Shown here piece after piece: positions 31,374 to 41,138 of a stretch of 64,000 bases of DNA. The notes under the pieces were generated by a model. That model had not been told where the DNA came from. It ran no database searches and saw nothing but the letters and a program-made list of their open reading frames with translations. Source of the stretch: an uncultured Spirochaetota bacterium (GTDB lineage: Bacteria; Spirochaetota; Spirochaetia; SZUA-6; Fen-1364); contig CAWGAA010000001.1 of NCBI GenBank assembly GCA_963820525.1, positions 1,824,001 to 1,888,000 on the forward strand. Direction: 5' to 3'. Within the stretch, counting starts at the first letter, position 1; each line of letters opens with the position of its first letter. The translations under genes were made by a program, and so were the position numbers.

Positions 31374-32870
31374 ATGCCCGTCGGTCAGCTTTCTTCATTC
31401 CTGAAAAAAAACTCTCATCCCACGCCCGCGGCAGTCGCCTACGTGGCGGCTCTGGAGACGGTGTCGCAGCGGGCGCCCGAGATCGCCCGCTCCATCGTGC
31501 TCGAGCTGGAGAAGCAGCGCTCCAACATCAAGCTCATCGCCAGCGAGAACTACTGCTCGATGGGCGTCCAGCTCGCCATGGGCAACCTCCTCACGGACAA
31601 GTACGCCGAAGGCTACCCCCGGCACCGGTTCTACGCGGGCAACGACAACGTCGACACCATCGAGGAGCTGGCGCAGTCCGAGGCGAGGGAGCTTTTCGGC
31701 GCCGACTACGCGAACGTCCAGCCCCACTGCGGCGCGGACGCCAACCTGATGGCGTACTGGGCGATACTCACCAAGAGGGTCGAGATGCCCGCACTGGAAG
31801 CCTACGGCGAGACCAACCTTTACGAGCTTACCGACGCGCAGTGGGCCGAGCTTCGCGCGCGGTTGGGAAACCAGCGCCTCCTCGGGCTGAACTACCACTC
31901 CGGGGGCCACCTCACCCACGGCTACCGCTACAATCTGTCGGCCCGCATGTTCGACATCTACTCCTACGCCGTGCGCAAGGACACGTACCTTCTGGATTAC
32001 GGAGAGATCGAGGCGAAGGCGCGCGAAGTGAAGCCGCTGATCCTCCTTGCCGGCTACTCGGCATATCCCCGCAGGATCGACTTCAAGAGAATGCGGGAAA
32101 TCGCAGATTCGGTGGGCGCCGTCCTCATGGTGGACATGGCCCACTTCGCCGGGCTCGTGGCCGGGGGCGTTTTCACGGGAGACTACAGCCCCTTCCCGCA
32201 CGCGCATGTCGTCACAACCACCACGCACAAGACCCTGCGGGGGCCGCGCTCGGGAATGGTTCTTTCCACCGCGGAGTTCGCCGACGCCCTGGACAAGGGA
32301 TGCCCCCTCATGATGGGCGGGCCTCTCCCCCACGTGGTGGCGGCAAAGGCCGTGGCGCTGCGCGAAGCGCGCACGAAAGAGTTCGCGGCGTACGCGCACG
32401 CCATCGTGGCGAACGCCCAGGCGTTCGCAAAGGCCTGCATCGAGGAAGGGCTCGAGGTGGTTACCGGCGGAACGGACAACCACCTGTTCCTGGTGAACGT
32501 GGACTCTCTGGGCCTCACGGGAAGGCAGGCTGAGAGCGCCCTCCACGAGTGCGGCATCACATTGAACCGCAACTCCCTGCCCTTCGACCCTCATGGGCCC
32601 TGGTACACCAGCGGGCTTCGCGTCGGGACGCCCGCCGTGACGACCCTCGGCATGGGCCCCGCGGAAATGCGCGAGATAGCTTCGGTGATGAAGCTCGTTC
32701 TTTCCTCGACGCGCCCCCTGAAAGGCAAGGATGGGAGCCTGAGCAGGGCGAAGTATCGCGTGGAGGGGCCGGCCAGGACGGAGGCCCTCAGGCGGGTGAA
32801 GGCACTTTTAGACAGGTTCCCCGTCTATCCAGAATTGGACCTACAGTTCCTCAAGGAAGCTTTCTGCTGA
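31374..32870 (+). CDS. glyA: Serine hydroxymethyltransferase (long form)
   Basis: LIASEN, KYAEGYP, GGHLTHG, DMAHFAGL, TTTHKTLRGPR. Confidence 0.97.
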   Translation: MPVGQLSSFLKKNSHPTPAAVAYVAALETVSQRAPEIARSIVLELEKQRSNIKLIASENYCSMGVQLAMGNLLTDKYAEGYPRHRFYAGNDNVDTIEELAQSEARELFGADYANVQPHCGADANLMAYWAILTKRVEMPALEAYGETNLYELTDAQWAELRARLGNQRLLGLNYHSGGHLTHGYRYNLSARMFDIYSYAVRKDTYLLDYGEIEAKAREVKPLILLAGYSAYPRRIDFKRMREIADSVGAVLMVDMAHFAGLVAGGVFTGDYSPFPHAHVVTTTTHKTLRGPRSGMVLSTAEFADALDKGCPLMMGGPLPHVVAAKAVALREARTKEFAAYAHAIVANAQAFAKACIEEGLEVVTGGTDNHLFLVNVDSLGLTGRQAESALHECGITLNRNSLPFDPHGPWYTSGLRVGTPAVTTLGMGPAEMREIASVMKLVLSSTRPLKGKDGSLSRAKYRVEGPARTEALRRVKALLDRFPVYPELDLQFLKEAFC

Positions 32871-33228
32871 GATCTGGGGGCTTTCTCTCCCCCTTGCCCC
32901 CTCCTCCTCCCCTCAGCTTCTTCACGAGGGAGTACACCCCCTGGGCAGCAAGGAGCCCAATGGCGGCATAGATGTACCAGGGGATGTTGCGCCCGAAGAG
33001 GAGCACGTAGACATAGGGAAGCACCGTGGCGCCGAGGAACACGCTGGACCATACGGTGATCTGCCCGGAGCTCCTGGCGGCAAGTGCTTTCACGAGCCGA
33101 AAGATCGAGTAATAGAAAAAAGGCGCGCATCCCACCAGGAGGCCGGCGAAGACGATCGGATCCACCGAATAGCTCTGCCGGATGTTCTGGATCCATTCCT
33201 GGGCTTTTTGAACGATGAATTCCAGCAT
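32851..33228 (-). CDS. Hypothetical membrane protein
   Basis: 3 TM segments, coupled to the MFS gene. Confidence 0.65.
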   Translation of the reverse strand: MLEFIVQKAQEWIQNIRQSYSVDPIVFAGLLVGCAPFFYYSIFRLVKALAARSSGQITVWSSVFLGATVLPYVYVLLFGRNIPWYIYAAIGLLAAQGVYSLVKKLRGGGGGKGERKPPDLSRKLP

Positions 33229-33232
33229 GGGG

Positions 33233-34471
33233 TCACTCCTGTTTTCGAAGGCCGGGCACGGCGACGGCAACCGCCGCGGAGCAGGCCAGCATCAAGAGCG
33301 CCGAGATCGCGACCGTGAGGGGCACTCCGAACCTCTCCGCAGCCGAGCCTGCGAGCAGGGCGCCGATGGGCATGAAACCGAAAAAGGAAAGGGTGTAGAT
33401 GCTCATGACCCGGCCGCGGGCAGCGTCCGGTGAAAGGGTCTGCACAAGGGAGTTGCAGAGGTTCATGACCATGATGGCCGCCGCGCCGACGACGAGCAGG
33501 AGGGCAAGCGACGCGGGCAGGACCTTCGTCAGTGAGAAAAGTATGACCACCGCGGGAAAAGCGAAGCTTCCCACGATCAAGGCCTTGCCCCGCCCCTTGT
33601 AGGTCAGGAAGGAGGCGATTCCGAGGGCGGCGATCATGGCGCCCAGGCCGCGGGCCGACTGCAGGAGGCCGTTGGTCCGCTCGTCCCCGCCTAAAACCGT
33701 CACGGCCCAAGCCGGTATCAGGGTTGCAAACGACATCCCGAAGAGGCTCATCATCCCGATGAGAACGATGATGGCAATGATGAGCCTGTTGCCCATGACG
33801 ACCCGGACTCCTTCCCGGATGTCCCGGAGGGCGGACCCCCTCCTGGCCTGGACGCGGCGGGGGGCAAGCTTCATGGCCAGAAGTGCGATTATCACCGCGA
33901 CGAAGGACAGCCCGTTCAGCGCAAAGCACCAGCCGGGACCGAAGAAGGCGTAGGTGATCCCACCCACGGCGGGCCCGACGGCGGTCGCGATGTTGAACAT
34001 GGTGGAGTTCAGCGCGATGGCATTGGGCAGGTGGGGCCGCTCCACCATCTCCAGCACGAAGGCCTGGCGGGCGGGCGCGTCGAATGCGTTCACCACGCCC
34101 AAAAAGAACGCGAGCAGGATGATGTGCCAGGGCACCACCGCTTTCGTGAATGTCAGGACGGAAAGCACGAAGGCAAGGAGCATGCTGAGCGTCTGGGTCA
34201 CGACGAGAACGCTGCGCCGTGGAAGCCGATCCGCCGCCACTCCGCCCCACAGGGAAAAGAGCCAGGTGGCGATGCCCCCGGCGAAACCCACGTACCCGAG
34301 GAACGCGGCAGACCGGGTGATATCGAAGACGAGGTATCCCTGGGCCGTGGACTGCATCCACGTCCCGAACAGCGAGATCATCTGCCCGACAAACCAGAGG
34401 CGATAGTTGGGATAGGAAAGCGACGCGAAGGTTCTTCGCGAACCGGCCCTGCCCTTCGAGCCTTCTTCCAT
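33233..34471 (-). CDS. MFS transporter (MFS_3/H+ antiporter-like)
   Basis: NYRLWFVGQ.IS..GTWMQ, ADRLPRR, DAPARQ, RGRVMS. Confidence 0.92.
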   Translation of the reverse strand: MEEGSKGRAGSRRTFASLSYPNYRLWFVGQMISLFGTWMQSTAQGYLVFDITRSAAFLGYVGFAGGIATWLFSLWGGVAADRLPRRSVLVVTQTLSMLLAFVLSVLTFTKAVVPWHIILLAFFLGVVNAFDAPARQAFVLEMVERPHLPNAIALNSTMFNIATAVGPAVGGITYAFFGPGWCFALNGLSFVAVIIALLAMKLAPRRVQARRGSALRDIREGVRVVMGNRLIIAIIVLIGMMSLFGMSFATLIPAWAVTVLGGDERTNGLLQSARGLGAMIAALGIASFLTYKGRGKALIVGSFAFPAVVILFSLTKVLPASLALLLVVGAAAIMVMNLCNSLVQTLSPDAARGRVMSIYTLSFFGFMPIGALLAGSAAERFGVPLTVAISALLMLACSAAVAVAVPGLRKQE

Positions 34472-34554
34472 GGGGTTCAAGGACTCGACTATAGTATGGA
34501 TGGCGCTTTTCCGGATAGCCCCGCCGGCGTATATTGAAGCCCAGGAGCCCGCAC

Positions 34555-35820
34555 ATGAACGAGTCTCTTCAGGATTCCTCCTCGATAGAGCTGGAAAGGC
34601 TTTCCCGCGACGAGGAGGTTCTTGAAACCCGGGCACGGGAGGCCGATTTGCGGCTTTCCGGCCTGAAGGACCTGGACGTCCTCCTTCGCCTGGCCCGCGT
34701 GAAGCTCTCCCTCTGCCTGCGCATGATGGAGCGAATCGGCCGGGTCTCGGGAGATGCGGAAGTCGAGAGCCTGCGGAACGGCATCTCGGAAAAAGCCCTC
34801 GCCGCGCTGGGAATCATCGATGGCCTCATGTCGGAGAACGTCTCGGAAGATCAACGCGGCGCGGTGGCCGCTGATCCGATGTTCGCTCCGTTGAAGGCGA
34901 CCCTGGAGGAGTTCCTCGTCAAGGGCGGCGGAGGATTCCTGGAGGCGCGCGAGATGGACGCCCAGAGGAGACGCGCCCTCGCGCGCGGCATCGTGGCGTC
35001 GATCAGGAAGTTCGCCGGTGATGACGACCGCTATCCTCCCCTGGAACTGGAAAATTACCCGCCGCTCGTGCGGCGGATCCTCCTCACGATCTTTCCCGTG
35101 CTGGTGAAGGAGCATCCTCAGAAGCCGCCCTATGGCATCGAGGAAGGCGAGGAGGTCCTGTACTCTTCGAAGAAGATGAAGCTTCCCGTGTCCCAGGCCA
35201 TATTCTACATGGAAAACGAGCTCCTCCCAGAGCTTCTCGCGAAGCTGGAGCAATCTCCCGGAGACGCGGGCCTTCAGGAGCGCATCGCACAGGTGCGGGA
35301 GCGCGTCGAAGACTACAAAAAGCTGCGCTTCTTTCCCCGCTCCATCCCCGTGCTGCTTGAGAAGGGATACTACACCGAAGGGATGACGAGCTACACGACG
35401 GACGGGGAGATGCTGGTCCCCATCCCGCTTCCTGTAACGATGCGCTCGGGTACCAACCTGGACAGGAGAATGGAGCTTGTGCGCGCGGACCTGGTAAGGA
35501 GGCTGGCGGGCAAGGGGATTTGCGCGGAGCTGGACATTGAATACAAACGGCTGAAAAGCCTGGACAGCGGCTTGCGGGGTAGCTCTCGAACGGCGAGCCT
35601 CAAGATCGATGCCCGATGGGGCTTCCAGGTACTGAGGAAGGAGTTCCCCTCAATTTCCCGCCTGGAGGACAAGACTGGTTTTGCCGAGCTCGAAGATCTC
35701 GCCTCTCGCGGCGGCGCGGGCGCTTCGATACGCCGGGTGTCGGCCCTCATCGAAAAGGATTCGAAGGACCTCGTTGGCGCGCCGGCGCTCAGAGGAATCT
35801 CTCGAAGCGATCCTTTTTAG
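34555..35820 (+). CDS. Hypothetical helical/coiled-coil protein
   Basis: Long ORF with host-like codon usage; no family recognised. Confidence 0.7.
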   Translation: MNESLQDSSSIELERLSRDEEVLETRAREADLRLSGLKDLDVLLRLARVKLSLCLRMMERIGRVSGDAEVESLRNGISEKALAALGIIDGLMSENVSEDQRGAVAADPMFAPLKATLEEFLVKGGGGFLEAREMDAQRRRALARGIVASIRKFAGDDDRYPPLELENYPPLVRRILLTIFPVLVKEHPQKPPYGIEEGEEVLYSSKKMKLPVSQAIFYMENELLPELLAKLEQSPGDAGLQERIAQVRERVEDYKKLRFFPRSIPVLLEKGYYTEGMTSYTTDGEMLVPIPLPVTMRSGTNLDRRMELVRADLVRRLAGKGICAELDIEYKRLKSLDSGLRGSSRTASLKIDARWGFQVLRKEFPSISRLEDKTGFAELEDLASRGGAGASIRRVSALIEKDSKDLVGAPALRGISRSDPF

Positions 35821-36316
35821 CCCGGCACACCGGGCACACCTCGGGCGGGCCGTCGCGGGCGCACAGATACCCGCATACCCTGCAGCGCCACACGGGATAG
35901 GCAAGCGCGGCCGATCCCAGCCGCTGGCCCGCCTCCCGGGTCTTGAACTGGAGCCGCGAATCGCGATCGGGCCTTCTCTCGGGAATCCGGCGGGGTTTCT
36001 TGATGCCATCCAGGACTTCCTGCGTGACATACAGCGAGCAGAAACAGCAGCCAAAGTCGGCAAGATCCGGGTCGCGATAGTCGCAGGGGCAGATGATGTC
36101 CAGGTCTTCCTGCTTCACACCGTCCCCGAGCCGGCAGGGACAGAGCCAGTAGCCATAGCGCTTTTCGTTGACGAGCATGCCGCGCACAAGGCCGAGGGTG
36201 AATGCGCGGTTCGGGTTCAAGTGGTAGCCGGACTTCTCGGCCTCGGCATTGAGTCTTTCAAAGAGGGCCTGCACTTCCTCATCCGTGACGACGGGCGGCT
36301 TTCCCGGATCGCTCAT
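35789..36316 (-). CDS. Ferredoxin:thioredoxin/disulfide reductase catalytic subunit with C-terminal rubredoxin-like domain
   Basis: CPCR, CPC, CFC motifs; WRCRVCGY...CPVC. Confidence 0.88.
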   Translation of the reverse strand: MSDPGKPPVVTDEEVQALFERLNAEAEKSGYHLNPNRAFTLGLVRGMLVNEKRYGYWLCPCRLGDGVKQEDLDIICPCDYRDPDLADFGCCFCSLYVTQEVLDGIKKPRRIPERRPDRDSRLQFKTREAGQRLGSAALAYPVWRCRVCGYLCARDGPPEVCPVCRAKKDRFERFL

Positions 36317-36591
36317 AGGATCTTCTCCCGTATCTCGGTTTCGTCGAACCCCGAGATGCTCTCCTTGTCGTCTATGATGATCGTCGGATACGAGCCCTCC
36401 GGGTTCCACTTCCGTATTTCCTGCCGCGCCCTTTCCTTCTCGGAGGGTTCCAGAAGGTCGACATCCACGTAGGAGTACGCCACTCCGAGGTCCTTGAGGA
36501 GGTCCTTGGCCATCCTGCACCACATGCAGGTGCTCAGCGTATAGAGCACTATCTTGCCCTTGTCGGTGCCAGCAACCGGCTGAAAAGTCAC
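36313..36591 (-). CDS. Glutaredoxin (NrdH-like)
   Basis: LYTLSTCMWC, SYPTI, GFDE. Confidence 0.88.
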   Translation of the reverse strand: MTFQPVAGTDKGKIVLYTLSTCMWCRMAKDLLKDLGVAYSYVDVDLLEPSEKERARQEIRKWNPEGSYPTIIIDDKESISGFDETEIREKIL

Positions 36592-36828
36592 GGTCCCCTC
36601 CTTGCTGTTTAAGATAGTAACGCGTCACAGGCTCATGGAGAAGAGTTCAGGAGGCCTCGTTTTTATTCTTAAAAAATGAAAAATATGTGTAATTAGTACT
36701 CAAACTGTATCATTATATCCCTTACTGTATCATTTTAACACAATTATTTCTCTTACCCTCAATTGGACATCGAGGCCCTTCTCACCTAATTTATTATATT
36801 ATAATAAATTATATAATTTTGCAAAAAT

Positions 36829-36844
36829 TGGCACGCCACGTGCA
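36829..36844 (+). promoter_or_regulatory. sigma54 promoter for hsp20
   Basis: TGGCAC-GCCAC-GTGCA (GG-N10-GC); AT-rich tract 36787-36828; direct repeats ACTGTATCATT at 36704 and 36724. Confidence 0.65.
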
Positions 36845-36882
36845 TATTCAGTGAGTGAAATGACAGTTCAAGGAGGAACGAT

Positions 36883-37305
36883 ATGAACTTGATCAGACGC
36901 CAAGACAACATGCCGGACCTGCTCACGATGGATCGCTGGTTCGACGACCTGTGGGATTCCAGCTTCTTCGGCTCTTCCGCCATCCCCGCGGTGGATGTTC
37001 GCGAGTCCGAAGACGGCTACCGGATGGAGGTAGACCTGCCGGGCCTAACCGAAAAGGACGTGGAGGTGAAGCTGGACAACAACCTCCTCACCATCTCTTC
37101 CAAGAAGGACGAGAAGAAAGAGGAGAAGAAGAACGGCTACATCCTGCGCGAGAGGAAATCCTCGAGCTTCACCAGGAGCTTCGTCCTGCCCGAGGAGGTG
37201 GACCGGGAGAAGATCACTGCCGAGTTCACCAACGGGGTGCTCTCCCTGGGCTTTCCCAAGGTCCCGACCGCAAAGCCGAAGGTCATCGAAGTCAAGGCGA
37301 AGTAA
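36883..37305 (+). CDS. Hsp20 small heat-shock protein
   Basis: PAVDVRE, DLPG, F.RSF.LP, NGVL. Confidence 0.95.
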   Translation: MNLIRRQDNMPDLLTMDRWFDDLWDSSFFGSSAIPAVDVRESEDGYRMEVDLPGLTEKDVEVKLDNNLLTISSKKDEKKEEKKNGYILRERKSSSFTRSFVLPEEVDREKITAEFTNGVLSLGFPKVPTAKPKVIEVKAK

Positions 37306-37335
37306 TGCGACGCGAGAGGGATCTCGCCGACGTGG

Positions 37336-37371
37336 AGAAGGCTGCCGCTACGAGGCAGCCTTCTTTTTTTT
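37336..37371 (+). terminator. Intrinsic terminator after hsp20
   Basis: AGAAGGCTGCC-loop-GGCAGCCTTCT followed by a T-run. Confidence 0.85.
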
Positions 37372-38160
37372 CCCCGCATGCTCGCCTCGGGCGCCGTCAT
37401 GCGCCATGGAAGCCTTGCCGCGCGTGCCGCCGGAAGCGGCATCTGCGGCTGCGGCCCTCCCGGCATGTGCCGTGTAGTGCCGGGCAAGCTGCGGAAAGCA
37501 TTCCAAATCCCTTCTCCCATGCGCCGTCAACCTGTACTTTCCCCTCTCCAACCGCTCGAACCAGCCATAGACGTTATCATAGAGGATGGAAAGGGTCTTG
37601 GGTCCCGTGCCGAGCGCCCGCAGGGCCTTTGGAGAAAGGTCTCCCTTGACCTGGAGCAGGCAGGCAATCTGGATCGCGTTCTCCCTGTATGCCGTGACGA
37701 GCTTTCTGCGGCTGCTGCCGGCCGTGTTGAAGTCTCCCGTACGGTTGGCGATCTCGTGCAGGACGGCCCGCCGGGGCGCGGCCCTTTTTCTCCTGACGAG
37801 CGGTTTTGGAGGAAACACGACCTCGACGGGGGGCCTTTCAGGATCGAGAGAGACGAAGATGAGGCCGATCTCGAGCCTTCTGAGCAGGTGCTGTACGCCC
37901 CTGTTCTGGGCATTCCACTTCCACCTGTTGGAAGGCCGCGGGATGGCAACATACACGCAGTCGGTGAGCCGCTGCCGCTTGGCCGCCTGGACCAGGAGCG
38001 CAAGGGTGAGGGCCTTCTTCAGCTCGACGATGAGAAGCTCTTCTCCCTTGAGCGCGGCGATGTCGCAGTCGTTCACCTCGCTTCTCACCGTGTAGCCCTG
38101 GGCCTCCAGAAAGCGGCAGAGGGGGTCCGCCAGGTCCGATTCGAGAATCTTTGCCTTCAT
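37348..38160 (-). CDS. DUF2161 putative PD-(D/E)XK-type protein
   Basis: ESDL..P...FL..QGY.V.SEV..CDI...IVELK; VTAYRE; NVYGWFER. Confidence 0.8.
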   Translation of the reverse strand: MKAKILESDLADPLCRFLEAQGYTVRSEVNDCDIAALKGEELLIVELKKALTLALLVQAAKRQRLTDCVYVAIPRPSNRWKWNAQNRGVQHLLRRLEIGLIFVSLDPERPPVEVVFPPKPLVRRKRAAPRRAVLHEIANRTGDFNTAGSSRRKLVTAYRENAIQIACLLQVKGDLSPKALRALGTGPKTLSILYDNVYGWFERLERGKYRLTAHGRRDLECFPQLARHYTAHAGRAAAADAASGGTRGKASMAHDGARGEHAGKKKKAAS

Positions 38161-38987
38161 GCGCCGGGCCAATCGCCGGCGGCATCCAGCGGTCCGTAGG
38201 AGCTCGTCCGCCGATGGCGCAGGAGGGGCAGCCGCGCGCGAAACGCCCCGACCTCTTCGCTGTCGTAGCAGGCGGCAATCACCTCGTCGCGGCCCTCGCC
38301 CGCCCGGGCGATGACGACGCCGTGCGGGCTCACGATGGCGCTCGTCCCGTGAAAGGCCAGCTCCCGATACGACCCCTGAAGCGCGGCTCCGGCGACGAAC
38401 ATCCCGTTGTCGACGGCCCGCGCCCGAAGCACCAGCTCCCACTCCTCCGCGGGACCGAGCCACGCGCTCGCCGCCAAAACCGCCGTCGCGCCCTGCAGGG
38501 CGAGGGCGCGCGCCGTTTCGGGGAAGCGCATGTCGTAGCAGATCGCCATGCCGGCGCGAAACTGCCCCGCATCAAAGCAGGAGAACCCGTCCCCCGCCGC
38601 GGCCCACCGGGATTCGCCCTCCCACAGGTGGACCTTCCTGTAGACGGCCTTCAGCCCCCCGTCCTTGCCGATGAACGCCATGGAGTTGAGCAGCCTGCCG
38701 TCCGGCGCCCTCTCCGCGAAGCCGAAGCACAGCGAAACTCCCGCATGGCGGGCCGTCTCGGCGAGCCGGCCGATCTCCTCGCTTCGAAGCCCGACCGAAA
38801 GAGGAGGCACTTCGTCAGGAGTGAGGTAGCCGGTGAGGCAGAGCTCGGGAAATACGATGATCGAGGCGCCGCATGCGGCCGCCTCGTGCGCCTGCCCCCT
38901 CATGAGGGCGGCATTGGCGGAGAGGTTCTTGGCAACGGGAGAAAACTGGCCGCAGGCGATGAGGGTCTTCACGGGAGACTTGAGCAT
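38157..38987 (-). CDS. Carbon-nitrogen hydrolase (nitrilase family)
   Basis: FPEL, YRKVHL, ICYDMRFPE triad. Confidence 0.92.
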   Translation of the reverse strand: MLKSPVKTLIACGQFSPVAKNLSANAALMRGQAHEAAACGASIIVFPELCLTGYLTPDEVPPLSVGLRSEEIGRLAETARHAGVSLCFGFAERAPDGRLLNSMAFIGKDGGLKAVYRKVHLWEGESRWAAAGDGFSCFDAGQFRAGMAICYDMRFPETARALALQGATAVLAASAWLGPAEEWELVLRARAVDNGMFVAGAALQGSYRELAFHGTSAIVSPHGVVIARAGEGRDEVIAACYDSEEVGAFRARLPLLRHRRTSSYGPLDAAGDWPGA

Positions 38988-39077
38988 ATTCCATGGAAAG
39001 CCATCATGTCCATGGAACCCGGCCGGAGGCCCGGAAACTCCATCGGGTCTCCCAGCGTCGGTGCCCCGGAAACATTT

Positions 39078-39848
39078 TCAGAACGCGAAGGAGTACTGGA
39101 GGGCAATCCTGTTTCCGACCGCCGCCAGGTCACCCGGGATCGGGAAGATGATGCGGTTGTGCGTGAAATCGAAGTACTCGCGGATGGGCTCTCCCCTCCT
39201 GCCGGTCCCGGCAAGAAGGCAGTACCACGTCCCCTCGAACGGGAATATCGCGAAAAGATCCACGAACAGGTCATCAATGATAGTAGGCAGGAGAGCCTCG
39301 AGCCAGTCGTCGACGTCCACGACGATCAATCCCGTGGTGAGCCGCAGCACGTAGACGGAGTCCGCGGGAGAGGCTCCCGGAGCACGAAAGCTCTCCGACT
39401 TGGCTTCGGTAAAACGGATCTCGGGGCTGGCGAGGATGGAGCCGGGGTGGTAGCCGAGGAACGAGAAAGGGATGGGAATCTTCACGGAGGAGGTGAAGAG
39501 GATCGAGAACTCAAGGCCCTGAGGATCGTCCACGGGGTATTGGCGGACCCTGTCGATCAGGTCGAAGGGAAGCTTGAGACTCGATTTGAACTCCGTGAGG
39601 ATGTCCCGCAGGTCCGCGTTGTCCAGGTTCACTTCCACTCCGGCGACGATAACGCCGATCGCGTACGCGAAGAAGGAATCCTTCACCTGGTCCGCGGGCA
39701 GAGCTATCTCTCTGCCCGGTCTCCCAGCGGGAGAGTCTGCATGGAGCCGGACCGGCAGCGCGATCAGAAGGGCACAAACGAGACCGGCGCGGATCTTCAC
39801 GGGGAGGTCCTCGTTCAAAAAGATACCGGTCCGGGTTGGCTCATTCAA
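39078..39848 (-). CDS. Hypothetical exported protein (start uncertain)
   Basis: Host-like codon usage, signal-like segment. Confidence 0.6.
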   Translation of the reverse strand: MNEPTRTGIFLNEDLPVKIRAGLVCALLIALPVRLHADSPAGRPGREIALPADQVKDSFFAYAIGVIVAGVEVNLDNADLRDILTEFKSSLKLPFDLIDRVRQYPVDDPQGLEFSILFTSSVKIPIPFSFLGYHPGSILASPEIRFTEAKSESFRAPGASPADSVYVLRLTTGLIVVDVDDWLEALLPTIIDDLFVDLFAIFPFEGTWYCLLAGTGRRGEPIREYFDFTHNRIIFPIPGDLAAVGNRIALQYSFAF

Positions 39849-40014
39849 GGAGCCGGGGGGGCTGCCGGCCGCGCATGCCCCCCTGGCCGCTTATCCCGTA
39901 CCGCCCCGGCGAGCCCCCGCTGCCCGCCGCGCATGCCCCCCCTCATCGCGCGCCGGCTCGATTGACAGGGCCCCGCCGGGGCTTCACATTGATAACCGAG
40001 CTGGGAGGCAAATC

Positions 40015-41067
40015 ATGGAACCCCTATTTCTCGCCATTCTCGCCGCCGTTCTGGCGCTCCTTGTCGTGGTCCTGGTCAGGCTTTTCTCGCCGGACGTTGG
40101 GATGAGCCGGCAGATGCTTGAGCTGAAGAACGAGCTTTCCGACCTGAAGGAGAAACAGCTAGCCGGGCAGGCCCAGGCGCTCGCCTCCCTCAACGATCAC
40201 CTCATCCGATCCCAGGGCACGATAAACCAGCAGCTCGCCAACACGCAGAGGGTGATCTCCGAGGTACACCAGAAGCTCGGATCGCTCTCAGAAGCCACCC
40301 GCAACATCCAGGAGATCGGAAAGGACATCTCCTCGCTTCAGGATATCCTCCAGGCGCCCAAGCTGCGCGGCAATCTGGGCGAATATCTCCTTGAGGATCT
40401 GTTGAAGCAGGTGCTGCCGGCTGGAAACTACGCCATGAAGCATTGCTTCCGGAACGGCACGCAGGTGGATGCGATCATCCGGCTGGGGGGCAACATCATC
40501 CCCATCGACTCCAAGTTTCCCCTTGAAAGCTTCCAGCGCATCACCGCGGCGCGGGAGCCGGCGGAAAAATCGCGCTTCAAGAAGGAGTTCGTGCGCGGCG
40601 CGAAAGCGCGCATCGACGAGATCGCCTCGAAATACATCAATCCGGACGAGGGCACCTTCGATTTCGCCCTCATGTACGTGCCGGCCGAGAACGTGTTCTA
40701 CGAGATGATCGTCACCGACGAGCTCACCGACAAGAGCTACGAGATCTTCCACTACGCGGTGGGCAGGCACGTGATCCCCGTCTCTCCCAACAGCTTCTAC
40801 TCCTACCTCATGGCCATCGCGTACGGCCTGCGGGGATTTCGCATCGAGCAGCAGGCAAAGACGATTATCGGAGAGCTGGCGAAGGTGCAGGACGCCTTCT
40901 CGGCTTACAGCGAGGATTTCTCGCTCCTGGGAAAGCACATCAAGAACGCCGCCTCCAAATTCGACGACTGCCAGAAGAAGGCGGAGCGGTTCGACGAGCG
41001 GGTCTCCCGCATCACCTCGGCCGCGCTCGAGCAGGAAGAGGCGGGGAAACGGTTGGAGGGAGCGTGA
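40015..41067 (+). CDS. rmuC: DNA recombination protein RmuC
   Basis: N-terminal TM, RGNLGE, IDSKFP, T.DFALMYVPAE. Confidence 0.92.
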   Translation: MEPLFLAILAAVLALLVVVLVRLFSPDVGMSRQMLELKNELSDLKEKQLAGQAQALASLNDHLIRSQGTINQQLANTQRVISEVHQKLGSLSEATRNIQEIGKDISSLQDILQAPKLRGNLGEYLLEDLLKQVLPAGNYAMKHCFRNGTQVDAIIRLGGNIIPIDSKFPLESFQRITAAREPAEKSRFKKEFVRGAKARIDEIASKYINPDEGTFDFALMYVPAENVFYEMIVTDELTDKSYEIFHYAVGRHVIPVSPNSFYSYLMAIAYGLRGFRIEQQAKTIIGELAKVQDAFSAYSEDFSLLGKHIKNAASKFDDCQKKAERFDERVSRITSAALEQEEAGKRLEGA

Positions 41068-41138
41068 GTCGGGCGGCGGGCTTTACGCCCATGCCGGCGG
41101 GCCGCTGCCCGGCCCGCGCTCAGGCCGCTTCGGTGGAT

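Noticed and set aside
38151..39965. Long antisense/alternate ORFs (e.g. 604 aa here, 584 aa at 30779 and 44190)
   Set aside because: They overlap well-supported genes; expected in high-GC DNA.
37348..41067. Defence island (DUF2161 + RmuC nuclease folds)
   Set aside because: Both are common chromosomal genes; no methylase, toxin or mobility genes nearby.
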